A stretch of DNA of 64,000 nt, taken from contig OZ076415.1 in the NCBI GenBank assembly GCA_964187785.1, positions 71,672,001 through 71,736,000 on the forward strand, in the 5' to 3' direction. The translations under genes and the position numbers were made by a program. The DNA comes from Amphiscolops sp. MND2022 (lineage: Eukaryota). How positions within the stretch are numbered: the stretch's first letter is position 1; each line of letters starts with the position of its first letter. Shown in pieces: positions 35,101 to 48,660 of the stretch. A model generated the notes under the pieces. That model searched no databases. It was not told the origin of the DNA and saw only the letters and a program-made list of their open reading frames with translations.

Positions 35101-37485
35101 AAACATTCAAGCGATCTTCAATGCATTCCGTTGCTCGACTTGTGAGTGTTACTTTTTTTAACCAATCAAACTTGAACGACATTCAACTTCCTTTTATGGA
35201 ATGTAATCAAAGGAATGCAAGATGAAAGGTCAACCAGCTGTCAGCTGTCACGCTACATTTCTTTTATGACATGATAATTGCTCCATTTGAGAGGTTTTCC
35301 CAGACGTATCGGTGTCTTTTCGAGGGAATTTGTTCCACTTGAGCAATTTCTCTCAGACAATGTAGCGTCCCTTGAGAAAAACTTGTCACACTTGAGCAAA
35401 TATCGTTCAGAGAGATTAAAAGTAATTGACAGGTACTTGAGAGGGAAATCTAACGCTAGTGCGAACTTACTTTTTCCTTTAATGGTAGGTAAGCTATTCT
35501 TTTTATGGTTCTGTGACGCATACCTTCCGTATTTGGTCTAACAACTTTGTAACCTGAAATTTCAACCATTTTTAAGTCATTCGAAATATTACAGTTCTAC
35601 AAAACAGCTGCTAGCTTTCAGATTAAAATTTTTACAACTTTCTGTTACAATTCTATTTGCTGGCTTTCTTGTTTCACGTTTCTGTTACAAATCTAGTTGC
35701 TTGCTTTTAGAGTTACAACTTTGTTACAATACGCTTGTTTTCGGATAAACACGTGTTACACTCGCTGCTAATAAAGCCTGTTCTTGATCGAAATCAAAAA
35801 GCTGCCTGCGACAATTGTGGAGCTTGTGTATCGAAGCAAAACATTTCAAAACGAAATGTTCCGTTGGGAGATTATTTTGCACTCAATGTCCCATACCGGT
35901 TGAACCCTTTCTTGTTATATGGACATTTTGAGCTGTTTCCGACAGTTGAATCACATACTTGAGCTATTAATTTTCACAGAGATAATTTGATTGACAGATA
36001 CTTTAGAGGCAACGCTGACTCTAGTACGTAGTTACTTTTTCCTTTTATGGTAGGTTTACGCTTCCTTTCACGGTAAAGTGACTCATACCTTCCATGAAAG
36101 GTTGGTTGAAATTTTGACTGAACGTTACGTCATTTTTTCATTATTCTATTATCAGTATAACAATCAAGTTGCTCCTGTATAGATACATATTTGTTGTGAT
36201 ATGTGCCATTTTTTATTTCTGATAGGCATCAGTTAATATGTTGTGCAACCTATGTTTTCAGCAAATGCAATTGCATATTTTTGAATTGAGTCTTCAAGAA
36301 TTGAGTTTTAAATCTATAATAGTAACTTTGTACACTTTATTCCAGAGGTTATGATTGAAAGCGTCCTAATTCGTTGTACATACGAAATAATCAACCAATT
36401 GCAGCAGCAGCTGAGGGAAATTGGAATTTCAGATTCAACTTTTGTGTTCAAACAACACGTTTTCACACTACGCCTTACAATCGTTCCAGGCAGCAGACTT
36501 GTCAAGACCAAATTACGTCTACCACATTTTTACACAGTTTACAAAAATTGCAAGTTGTACCGCTTGCCCCTTATTATCCGTGAAGCTACCAGACTAATTG
36601 CTCACAACCACTAGGTTTCCACCCCAGGAGACAAAGAAAATACACTGATTGTTTATCACCACCCCAGTCCCTTACGGACCTTGTTACTTGCACTGCAGTA
36701 TCGTATTTGTCATCGCAAAGCATACAGTTTACTAGTTTGTTAGACACGAATCAGGAAACTGGAGTTGTCAGTCACCCTTTAATCCTCAGTTGACGCATCC
36801 TAAAACACTTTTGTTGGAGCTTGGGTTTTGTATGTTATTACTAAAGAAAGACTTGTTCAATAATTTCTAATTGCATTCTTTGTACGGTTTTTTGGGGTCA
36901 GTGACTGACTGACAAGAAATGAAAAGTGGTCAACAGATCGTGCATCAAAAATGTATGGATGGGAGCAGTCAAATGATTGAATGTTATCAATGTGCAACTG
37001 TACAAGAATCAATACTGCGAACACACGCTTCTTTCTTCCTGCAGTATGCTGAAATGAGAACTATTACTACATTTCCGTCAATTATTTTGGTGTTTGTATG
37101 TTAAAGAAATGCTTGAAACGGACACCAACTCACTATATACTGCCTAAACCGAGAGAGAATTGTGTGATTGTACATGATCTCATATGAAAGAGAGAGTGGA
37201 TATTCCTGTGAATATTTTCATTGTAAGGACGAGTATATGACAAATGCCTACTGTCTACTTCTCTCCGTACTTGCTGAACGAAATAAAAGAAGCATAACAA
37301 GCTCGAACCTAGTCTCTGCAAGGCAGAATTTCGTTGCACGGAATTGTTTTGTGGGTGGTGCAAGACGTGCTTTTATGATTTTTATTCATTCATTTCAATT
37401 TGTACCGCAACTAATTGAACAAGAGATAAATTGAAAGCAGCGGTGAGTGTCCAATTTCCAAATATGGAAGAATTTTGCAAGAGAA

Positions 37486-40400
37486 AGCGAAAGTCACGTG
37501 ACGTCATTGCTTTGTTCTATTCCTGGCAATGTGGGTATGTAGGAACAGACAAAAGGCCTTTTACTAAATTTACCCAAAGCGTATTGTTCAAAAAATGAAG
37601 TCACTCTCGCCTGATCAACATTCTACATTTCTTTACTTTTTATAGCAGTGGAATTGATTCATTTATACAGTATAATTGCAATTTTTTCCAATTAAAGATT
37701 TTTCATCACCACAGAGGAGTCAAGTATCTCGCTCAACATCTTCTGTTGATACAATTTCCCACTGGCGGGAAAAACTTCCCATACTATAATCAATATTTGC
37801 GAATGTGGGTGGAAAAATTCCCCTGGGTCCTGGTGCTCACAAAATTACATTTTACCCAAATTCTCAGAGTGTCGAAAAATGTCCCACTATGCCAAAAAAC
37901 CCTATTCCCAATCTTAATATATTGCTGACGTTATTAGCAGTTACTATTTCTTGACACTTTCCTTCTCTTTATACCTTGACGAAGCTATAGCATATCTTGA
38001 TATATCAGCAGACACACACGTTTCCATACCTTTGTACATTGAGACGAGTCGTCTGCCAATCAGAATCGAGCACGAAAACCCAGTCGGAATTGCGGATAAA
38101 TTATTCCGGCGGAGGATGAATTATTCCGATGGCGGCTAAAAAATTCCGCAGGCGATTAAAATGTTGCGGCGGCGGGTAAAATTATTTCCGCCGGCGGTCG
38201 TGCCCACCAAAAAATCATATTTTACCCAAAGTCTCACAGTGCCAAAAATGTCGCACAGTGTCGAAAAACCCTATTCACTATCTTAAAACTTTGCCGAAGC
38301 TATTCCCTACCCTTATACAAAGCATATCTTTTTACATTAGCAAACAGTCAGCTACATACCTTTATACATTGAATCAAGTCGTCAGCCAATCAGAATTGAG
38401 CATGGCCCGAGTCCGCACCCAATGGGTATACACCAACACGCGAGTCGTCAGAATCGAGCCTAAGCCAATCCAGGGCTGGAGGACATTTCTCGGCTCTGGG
38501 CTCGAGCTGAGTCGCAATGGCCTATGTTAAAACATGTGGGTCATACAACCCCCCACCTGATCAGCTCGCACATATACTACTTGTATGCAATGACGCAACG
38601 CGATTTCATTTTTCGGACCAATTTCTGAGAGAAAATCCATGCAATCAGGTGAAATTTGCAATAAGGCGATGTGCAATTAACCGATGCTATATAGTCCTGT
38701 GAAATGACGGAAGTGAACATTTTGATGCAATTAAACGGAGTGTACAATTAACCGGTGTGCAATTACGCAGATTCTTCAGTAGCAACAGTGTTAGTCCCAG
38801 TACTCGTTTTCCAGGACCTTGAAGCTGAAAGTTTTAAGTACAGCAATTTACAAGCATTTGGCCTTCAAACAAATTCAAATGATCAGGGCACGAGCTTTGT
38901 GACTAGGAAAAAGAAAAGTGGTAAAGTTTACAGCAAAAGTGACGTAACGTCAGTGCTTTGTTCTATTCCTGGCAATGTGGGTATGTACGAACAGACAAAA
39001 GGCCTTTTACTACATTTACCCAAAACGTATTGTTCAAAAAATGAAATCACTCTCGCCTGATCAACATTCAACATTTCTTTACATTTTATAGCAGTGGAAT
39101 TGATTCATTTATACAGTATAATTGCAGTTTTTCCAATTAAAGATTTTTTATCACCACAGAGGAGTCAAGTATCTCGCTCAACATATTCTGTTGAGACAAT
39201 TTCCCACAGGCGGGAAAAACCTCACATATTATGATCAACATTTGCGAATGTGGGTGGAAAAACTCCCCTGGGTCCTGGTGCTCACAAAATTACATTTTAC
39301 CCAATTTCTCGGAGTGTCGGAAAATGTCCCACTATGCCAAAAAACCCTATTCCCAATCTTAATACATTGCTTACGTTATTAGATGTTTTTATTTCTTGAC
39401 ACTTTTCCTATCTTTATACCTTGACGAAGCTATAGCATATCTTGATATATCAGCAGACACTGGTTTCCATACCTTTATACATTGAGACGAGTCGTCTGCC
39501 AATCAAAATCGAGCACAAAAATCCAGTGGGAATTGTGGATAAATTATTCCGGTGGCGGATGAATTATTCCGATGGCGGCTAAAAAATTCCGCAGACGGAT
39601 AAAATATTGCGGCGGCAGGTAAAATTATTTCCGCCGGTGGTCGTGCCCACCAAAAAATTATATTTTACCCGAAGTCTCACAGTGCCGAAAATGTCGCACA
39701 GTGCCGAAAAACCCTATTCACTATCTTGAAACATTGCCCAAGCTATTCCCTACTATTATACAAAGCACATCTTTTTACATTAGCAAACAGTCAGCTACAT
39801 ACCTTTATACATTGAATCAAGTCGTCAGCCAATCAGAATTGAGCATGACCCGAGTCCGCACCCAATGGGTATACGCCCACACGCGAGTCGTCAGAATCGA
39901 GCCTAAGCGAATCTAGGGCTGGAGGACCCTTCTCGGCTCTGGGCTCGAGCCGAGTCGCTATGGCCTATGTTAAAACATGTGGGTCATACAACCCCCACCT
40001 GATCAGCTCGCACATATACTACTTGTATGCAACGACGCAATGCCATTTCATTTTTCGGACCGATTTCTGAGAGAAAATCCATGCAATTAGGTGAAAATTG
40101 CAATAAGGCGATGTGCAATTAACCGATGCTATATAGTCCTGTGAAATGACGGAAGTGAACATTTCGATGCAATTAAACGGAGTGTACAATTAACCGGTGT
40201 GCAATTACGCAGATTCTTCAGTAGCAACAGTGTTAGTCCCAGTACTCGTTTTCCAGGACCTTGAAGCTGAAAGTTTTAAGTACAGCAATTTAGAAGCATT
40301 TGGCCTTCAAACAAATTCAAATGATCAATGCACGAGCTTTGTGACTAGGAAAAAGAAAAGTGGTAAAGTTTACAGCGAAAGTGACGTGACGCCAGTGCTT

Positions 40401-43182
40401 TGTTCTATTCCTGGCAATGTGGGTATGTACGAACAGACAAAAGGCCTTTTACTACATTTACCCAAAACGTATTGTTCAAAAAATGAAATCACTCTCGCCT
40501 GATCAACATTCAACATTTCTTCACATTTTATAGCAGTGGAATTGATTCATTTATACAGTATAATTGCAATTTTTTCCAATTAAAGATTTTTCATCACCAC
40601 AGAGGAGTCAAGTATCTCGCTCAACATATTCTGTTGATACAATTTCCCACTGGCGGGAAAACCTCACATACTATGATCAACATTTGCGAATGTGGGTGGA
40701 AAAACTCCCCTGGGTCCTGGTGCTCACAAAATTACAACTTACCCAATTTCTCAGAGTGTCGAAAAATGTCCCACTATGCCGAAAACCCTATTCCCAATCT
40801 TAATATATTGCTGACGTTATTAGCAGTTACTATTTCTTGACACTTTCCTTCTCTTTATACCTTGACGAAGCTATAGCATATCTTGATATATCAGCAGACA
40901 CACACGTTTCCATACCTTTGTACATTGAGACGAGTCGTCTGCCAATCAGAATCGAGCACGGAATTCCAGTGGGAATTGCGGCTAAATTGTTCCGGTGGCG
41001 GATGAATTATTCCGATGGCGGCTAAAAAATTCCGCATCCGGATAAAATATTGCGGCGGCAGGTAAAATTATTTCCACCGGCGGTCGTGCCCACCAAAAAA
41101 TTAAATTTTACCCAAAGTCTCACAGTGTCGAAAATGTCGCACAGTGCCGAAAAACCCTATTCACTATCTTGAAACATTGCCCAAGCTATTCCCTACCCTT
41201 ATACAAAGCACATCTTTTTACATTAGCAAACAGTCAGCTACATACCTTTATACATTGAATCAAGTCGTCAGCCAATCAGAATTGAGCATGACCCGAGTCC
41301 GCACCCAATGGGTATACACCCACACGCGAGTCGTCAGAATCGAGCCTAAGCGAATCCAGGGCTGGAGGACATTTCTCGGCTCTGGGCTCGAGCTGAGTCG
41401 CTATGGCCTATGTTAAAACATGTGGGTCATACAACCCCCACCAGCAATTAGGTGAAATTTGCAATAAGGCGATGTGCAATTAACCGATGCTATATAGTCC
41501 TGTGAAATGACGGAAGTGAACATTTTGTTGCAATTAAACGGAGTGTACAATTAACCGGTGTGCAATTACGCAGATTCTTCAGTAGCAACAGTGTTAGTCC
41601 CAGTACTCGTTTTCCAGGACCTTGAAGCTGAAAGTTTTAAGTACAGCAATTTAGAAGCATTTGGCCTTCAAACAAATTCAAATGATCAATGCACGAGCTT
41701 TGTGACTAGGAAAAAGAAAAGTGGTAAAGTTCACAGCGAAAGTGACGTGACGTCAGTGCTTTGTTCTATTCCTGGCAATGTGGGTATGTACGAACAGACA
41801 AAAGGCCTTTTACTACATTTACCCAAAACGTATTGTTCAAAAAATGAAATCACTCTCGCCTGATCAACATTCAACATTTCTTCACATTTTATAGCAGTGG
41901 AATTGATTCATTTATACAGTATAATTGCAATTTTTTCCAATTAAAGATTTTTTATCACCACAGAGGAGTCAAGTATCTCGCTCAACATATTCTGTTGATA
42001 CAATTTCCCACTGGCGGGAAAAACCTCACATACTATGATCAACATTTGCGAATGTGGGTGGAAAAACTCCCCTGGGTCCTGGTGCTCACAAAATTACATT
42101 TTACCCAATTTCTCAGAGTGTCGAAAAATGTCCCACTATGCCGAAAAACCCTATTCCCAATCTTAATACATTGCTGACGTTATTAGCTGTTTTTATTTCT
42201 TGACACTTTTCCTATCTTTATACCTTGACGAAGCTATAGCATATCTTGATATATCAGCAGACACTCGTTTCCATACCTTTATACATTGAGACGAGTCGTC
42301 TGCCAATCAGAATCGAGCACAAAAATCCAGTGGGAATTGCGGATAAATTATTCCGGTGGCGGATGAAATATTCCGATGGCGGCTAAAAAATTCTGCAGAC
42401 GGATAAAATATTGCGGCGGCAGGTAAAATTATTTCCGCCGACGGTCGTGCCCACCAAAAAATTATATTTTACCCAAAGTCTCACAGTGCCGAAAATGTCG
42501 CACAGTGCCGAAAAACCCTATTTACTATCTTGAAACATTGCCCAAGCTATTCCCTATCCTTATACAAAGCACATCTTTTTACATTAGCAAACAGTCAGAT
42601 ACATAGTTTTTTCATTGAATCAAGTCGTCAGCCAATCAGAATTGAGCATGACCCGAGTCCGCACCCAATGGGTTTACGCCCACACGCTAGTCGTCAGAAT
42701 CGAGCCTAAGCGAATCTAGGGCTGGAGGACCCTTCTCGGCTCTGGGCTCGAGCCGAGTCGCTATGGCCTATGTTAAAACATGTGGGTCATACAACCCCCC
42801 TCCTGATCAGCTCGCACATATACTACTTGTATGCAATGACGCAACGCCATTTCATTTTTCGGACCAATTTCTGAGAGAAAATCCATGCAATTATGTGAAA
42901 TTTGCAATAAGGCGATGTGCAATTAACCGATGCTATGTAGTCCTGTGAAATGACGGAAGTGAACATTTTGATGCATTTAAACGGAGTGTACAATTAACCG
43001 GTGTGCAATTACGCAGATTCTTCAGTAGCAACAGTGTTAGTCCCAGTACTCGTTTTCCAGGACCTTGAAGCTGAAAGTTTTAAGTACAGCAATTTACAAG
43101 CATTTGGTCTTCAAACAAATTCAAATGATCAAGGATCGAGCTTTGTGACTAGGAAAAAGAAAAGTGGTAAAGTTTACAGCGA
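37486..43182 (+). repeat. Tandem array of four ~1.44-kb units
   Basis: Unit spacings 1446, 1442, 1361 (81-bp deletion) and 1443 bp; recurrent ORFs at 38755/40197/41558/43001; AGCGA at both ends. Confidence 0.95.
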
Positions 43183-43687
43183 GCGGTAAAAAAAAATATG
43201 CTTCGCTTGCTCGAACACGAAATTGCTGCATTAAAACGTTTAGCTCCTATGATAATTTACTCACTAATACTGTCTTCTTGTGCAGTTCCTATTTCAGATG
43301 ACTTGTGAAACTTGTGCTTATCATCAGCGTGAACTTTTGCCCGTAGTTTTTGTTACGTAACTTAACGGATAAGTTATGCTTTCCCATTCCATTGTATTTT
43401 AGCGTACATAACGAAAACAAGCCAGAATTTGGCAGGGTTCTTTTCGATTGAACAAACATCGGAAAGCGTAAATGTTCCTCTTTTTTTCCAAATCTCTCTG
43501 TCATCTCGTATGCGTCACCAGCTTTGAAAAGACAAAAGCACCGTCATAAAAGACAAAAGCGCGTCAAAGCACCTCAACCGAGAAAAAAAAACCTGCTTTG
43601 ATTTCCAGCATGGCTGTCCCGAAAGTTGCCAGCCTTCCTTCTACAAAATAATTCGGCGTCCCAGCCAAGTTGTTTTCAGACTGCGCC

Positions 43688-43927
43688 ATGGATGGCAAAA
43701 AAATGTACATGTGTGCAGTATTTTCCTATCGTTCAAATAAAATGAGCAACATTAAAAGACACGTCGACTAGAATCACAACCAGAACCAGTCGTTTTTCAA
43801 ATGTTCCACTTGTGGCAAGACTTTCACTGACCGGTCTCCTTTGAAGTCGCATTACATCAAAGTTCACAGTTTCGAAGAACTGGTCGCCGAAGCAGCTGCC
43901 GATGCTGCAACAGCCCACAATCAGTAG
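43688..43927 (+). pseudogene. Two-finger C2H2 zinc-finger fragment with an internal stop
   Basis: MDGKKMYMCAVFSYRSNKMSNIKRHVD*NHNQNQSFFKCSTCGKTFTDRSPLKSHYIKVH; the second finger is a canonical CxxC...HxxxxH. Confidence 0.65.
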
Positions 43928-44487
43928 GAGTCTTGTTTAGCTTAGATGAAGTTTGGTGATTACTCGAAGCAACTACTGAACAACCTTTAGTGATGTTTTT
44001 GATTACAGCATCCAGTCTATGAAATGTTTGGGAGTTCAGATTGTAAAACTTTTAGATCGTTCTCAGAAAGGTGTTCAAAATTATCACAACATTGTTTGTC
44101 AGAACTGTACACATTTTATTTTTGATTTTCAAATTTTGAAGGGACTAAGAGAGGCTCCCAAACTATCCGGTGCTATAATTTTAATTTTGTGGAAATTGGA
44201 TGAAATAAAACACTGACAGACTTCAGAATTTCCATATTTATAATCAGCATCAATTGCTAATCTAGTTGCTTGTTGGAAATTCCAATCAAACCATCATCTT
44301 TAAAAATTCTCACCCAAAAACTATTCATTTTTATACGGAAGCTCTGGACATTTTTCTCAATTTTCTATTGGAGTTGAAAGTGTTAATTTGGAGGGAAGGA
44401 AATTAGAGAAGTAGAGCCTATTCTTAGAGGAAACTGATAGTACCATGATTTATGCTAATGAACTTGGCAGTAGCAATGATAGCATTG

Positions 44488-44788
44488 NNNNNNNNNNNNN
44501 NNNNNNNNNNNNNNNNNNNNNNNNNNNNNNNNNNNNNNNNNNNNNNNNNNNNNNNNNNNNNNNNNNNNNNNNNNNNNNNNNNNNNNNNNNNNNNNNNNNN
44601 NNNNNNNNNNNNNNNNNNNNNNNNNNNNNNNNNNNNNNNNNNNNNNNNNNNNNNNNNNNNNNNNNNNNNNNNNNNNNNNNNNNNNNNNNNNNNNNNNNNN
44701 NNNNNNNNNNNNNNNNNNNNNNNNNNNNNNNNNNNNNNNNNNNNNNNNNNNNNNNNNNNNNNNNNNNNNNNNNNNNNNNNNNNNNNNN
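44488..44788. other. Assembly gap (301 N)
   Basis: Run of N. Confidence 1.
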
Positions 44789-47194
44789 AGATCTCAGTTA
44801 GGCATTCCATAAACGTTTCCACTCTTGTTCGAAGCTCAGATACATTCTGAACTTGTTCCTATATTTAGAACCCCTGAAAATAACAGGAAAGAGGTACTAC
44901 ATGTCTGATGAAAGGGAAGTCTATAAGTGGCTTCCTGAGCTTAATTGTATAACATTAAACCTAAAAAATGCGACAGTCGCAAGTTAAGCAACATAATCAG
45001 AAACTTATTTCATTATACGTTATTGACAAGCTACAGTTCTTTACAATGTTTTTTTCTGCATTTGCAACAAATACTATTGAAGTCACAGGAAAAATGAAAT
45101 CTAGGCGAAAAAAAAGATAACTTAAATGTGTTGGTTCTCTTGGGCGAGAACAAGAAGAGCAGCAGTGCTTTCTAGTTTTTACTGGGTAGAGTTTGTCATT
45201 GTTTTTATTGAGGTTTCTATCACGAGTACCCAATTTAATTAACTCGGATTAATCGGTTTGAATAATATTTAATCTATAATAATTGTCTTTATTTATTTCT
45301 ACACTGCCCTCGTATATGTGAAATCTTTTGTAATTATCATAAAATGAAGAACCTCAGTGTTTTTAAAACTATTTTATTCTTATGGTTATGTAGTTTCTCT
45401 GACCTCTTCGTAATAACGTGGTTTGGGAAACCAATACAATGGTGCTCTGTGGTTATGAACGAACAAAAATCATTGGTTATTAGCTAAACATCTGATTGCA
45501 CTTACTTACGAAGATAGTATTTAATGAGAGCTGCGAACTCTTGTCAAAGGAAGTCTGGTTGAAAGAAAAGTACAAAAACATCATAACTGACAACTCTAGA
45601 ATATTCTGGAATGTTCTGGAAAATTTAATTGAACAATGCCAAGTATCTGTTTTTTTTTCACTCTCTCGAATTTTGTCATCATTTTCATCCGAATAGCATT
45701 TGGTAAAATCTGCTTGCCTTTAAATTGGAAGTCTGTTTACGGTATGTTGATCGTAAATTGGCAGCAAATAATAATTGAAATATTTTGTTGAATTTTTTAA
45801 TTGAAATTTTAAAATTCGGCTTCCGTCTGGTTATTTTTTTGGCAGACGCTCATTCAATGAGCAATTTCACTTCCGAAAAAATTCAATCTGGATAGTTTTT
45901 TTGTATCACACTGTTGAAATAAAATCCCTGGATTTAAAAAAAAAACAGTTTGAAATACTGTGTTAACACGGTTTTCAAGCACAAAAAATCGAACCTGTGT
46001 TTTTCTGCGTTTTAAGAAGCAATTTTTTGAAAATATAACACGGGGGTCTACCACTTTCCGATTCGAAGGTCAAAGATGACTAACGATTCATAATAGCTTT
46101 AATGAAAGATCACCATCACTTGCTGGCATCGAGACATCCTTTCTTACGGACAGGACTGACTGTTCACAACTCTGTTCAAACTCCTTCCCGCGCCACACAA
46201 GTGGAACAATCTCCCTTTTTTCACGAGTCTTGCTCGAAAACACTTGAACAAAAGTGTAAAGCATGTGAACTAAAATGACGGTGTAAGTGGACTGGAAAAC
46301 CATTCAACATTTTTCTTGCTGTCTATATGTAGAGTTATACTTGCTTAGACTTTGGTTGCATGGCTGTGTTGTCGCCAAAACTGTAAAATACAGTTTTGAC
46401 AATACGTTGAAATTCTGACGTGGATTTTTGGCGCCATCGTGGTCTCTTGGGAAAATTAAATATCAATGAAAACATCTTGCTTGTTTCATAGATTTGGTTG
46501 GTTAGTTAAAAATTAAGTTAATGCAACGTATTTTTCAAAGACAAAAGCATCTGCATTCCGAAAACTGGTTCTAAACGGAAAATAGTTTTCGCTACTAGCG
46601 GCATATACTTTTAACTCCCAACAAACACATCAAATGATGAGTTAAGTCCCAACGAACCGATTCAACTTCAAAACCGATATTTTTGAAATTCATGATTCTC
46701 ATATTGACGAAAACTTTGCTAACAATTCTTCATTGTTGATCGAAAGAAAGAATTTGCTGCAAAATGTGAGTACAAAATTTTGAACAAGTATTCTATTGCA
46801 ATTGATACTTTTTATATAAATTACTTATCTCTAAAGTAGTTGGGAATCTACGAAACTAACCCCTAACTTTTAATAGGGCTCTATTAATGACATTGTAGAG
46901 TAAATTGTTTTAAAGATTCAATTGGAACGTCCAATCAACGTCGATGAGAACCATGCACCTTTGGAAAAATTTTGAAGATGTAAATTTTGTCTGAACTTTA
47001 CAGCTAAGACAAATAGCTGATAACCAAAACGCATGATTAGTTTTATTGATCCAGTTTTTTGAAAATTTGGGGACACTAGTAGGCACAGCGTATTATGAAG
47101 CCGTCCTGTAAGCAGTGAAGCAGAGCAAAGATATCTCAGTAAAAATAAACAAAGTTACCAATGCAAATGGTCGAGGGACCCGAGTTGGCAGTCA

Positions 47195-48660
47195 ATCGCA
47201 GTCCACCGCTGGTCACCGATGCTCCACCAAAGTTCCATCGGTGGACCACTGAGATGCCATCAGCAGCTTTTGAGGTGGTCAGCCGTGGTCCATCGGTGGA
47301 AAAACTCGTCCCACCGGTGGTCCACCAATAATTTTAACGATGGTCATTGAAAGTTCCACCGGTGGACAGGATAAATTCAGTGGTGGCCTCCGATGGTTCC
47401 AGCGGTTCCCTAAAAATCAGTATCAAGACCGGGTTGGCATCCAATCACTTTTCAAATCATCCAATTTTTCCCCAGAACTCGATTCACCGAGTGATTTAAG
47501 ATCTTATTCGATCGAAACAATTTTTACGCAATATTGAACCAAAATACATTGATTTTAGATCTTACCCAACAGGATAGTAGGTTTTCGTAAGTAAGCTGTA
47601 GTTTTCCAAATCGGGCCATTTCCATTCAGAAATGATGGGAATCTAACCCAAAATTCACTAAATTCTACATATCCGACGGCTCCAGGAAACGCGGTGCTGA
47701 AAAGCGTCCCTAATGCTATCCGAGTCGTTGAGGTAACCCTTTGAAAAAACCAACAATTGTCCAAAACCCGAGAAACCTAACCTGGAATTTAAATGCATTT
47801 ACCTGAAAAATAATGACCAGCAAAAGTCACGCTCTCATGCAGGGGTGTGCATGCAATATTCTGTGGGAAGATCAATAAATTATTGCAAAAAACAATTTAT
47901 TAGAAACCTTTTCACTATGAATATTTATTGACAGAATATAATAAATAAAATAATTTAGTACATCATGCAATAGATGAGACAAAAAATGGGACATTGAATA
48001 CAACTCGTTTTAAATGTATTTGTCATGTAATAAATACCATAAGAATAATATATACCGAAAGATTAAGTACTTCGGCCTAGTACATTTACTGCCTACAGTG
48101 AAAATCACTATCGCCCTATGATGTTGAGTATGTTCTATTTTCTGAAGACCAATAAAACATATTGGAATGCATCAATGTGTAGTCATTTATGATGATGCAA
48201 TATTTACCAATTATTGTATAATTACAAAAATTTATTGTTTAAAACAAGTCGTACAATTATTTATTGGTTAGTTTTGGCAATAAAATGACTTATTGTATTG
48301 TATCAATAAATATAAATGCAATATTGCGCATCCCTGCTCTCAAGCTTGTCCCAATCACATGGGATCAATTTCAAAACTCTTTGCGCCGGTGTCGTCGAGT
48401 GGAAACGAAATTGGCACCTAAAAATGTCTCTACCGGTGGCCTTTGGAGGTTCACCGGTGGGTTGCAGTATAGTGACTTCACGGGGGTATGTTGTTGGACT
48501 GTCAAGCAATGGAATGTAGGTCGCGTCACAGTTTTTAAAATATTTTGTACAAAGCTTTAAATTTTTCCATTTTTAGCTCTTCGGTAGTCACCCATGGGCA
48601 ATGCAAAATGGGTCATGGCCACCGGTGTGGCTGTGATGGGAAGCACGGTATCCACTGATG
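47195..48660. repeat. Two clusters of the palindromic CCACCGGTGG motif (47195-47400 and 48430-48660), possibly a non-autonomous element
   Basis: Exact copies at 47311-47320 and 47356-47365; near-copies at 48431, 48451 and 48619. Confidence 0.4.

Larger units (their letters stand above)
31779..37900 (-). repeat. Right arm of the large inverted duplication
   Basis: Mirror image of the left arm, about 90% identical by eye; retains the empty Gypsy target site (AGTAC, 32212-32216). Confidence 0.92.

Noticed and set aside
9237-37900. Inverted arms as the terminal inverted repeats of one intact Maverick
   Set aside because: The arms contain the gene remnants themselves and enclose only ~550 bp once the Gypsy element is removed; no integrase, ATPase, capsid or polymerase core was found.
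37486-43182. 1.44-kb array as a 5S rDNA, snRNA, SL-RNA or histone repeat
   Set aside because: No 5S, snRNA or histone signature was recognised, and the short ORFs are not conserved in frame between units.
22488-43927. In-frame TAG/TGA codons as evidence of a variant genetic code or read-through
   Set aside because: All three stop types occur alongside frameshifts in decayed elements, and Amt uses the standard code; ordinary pseudogenisation explains them.
44424-44850. Three ORFs spanning the N run
   Set aside because: Artefacts of the assembly gap.
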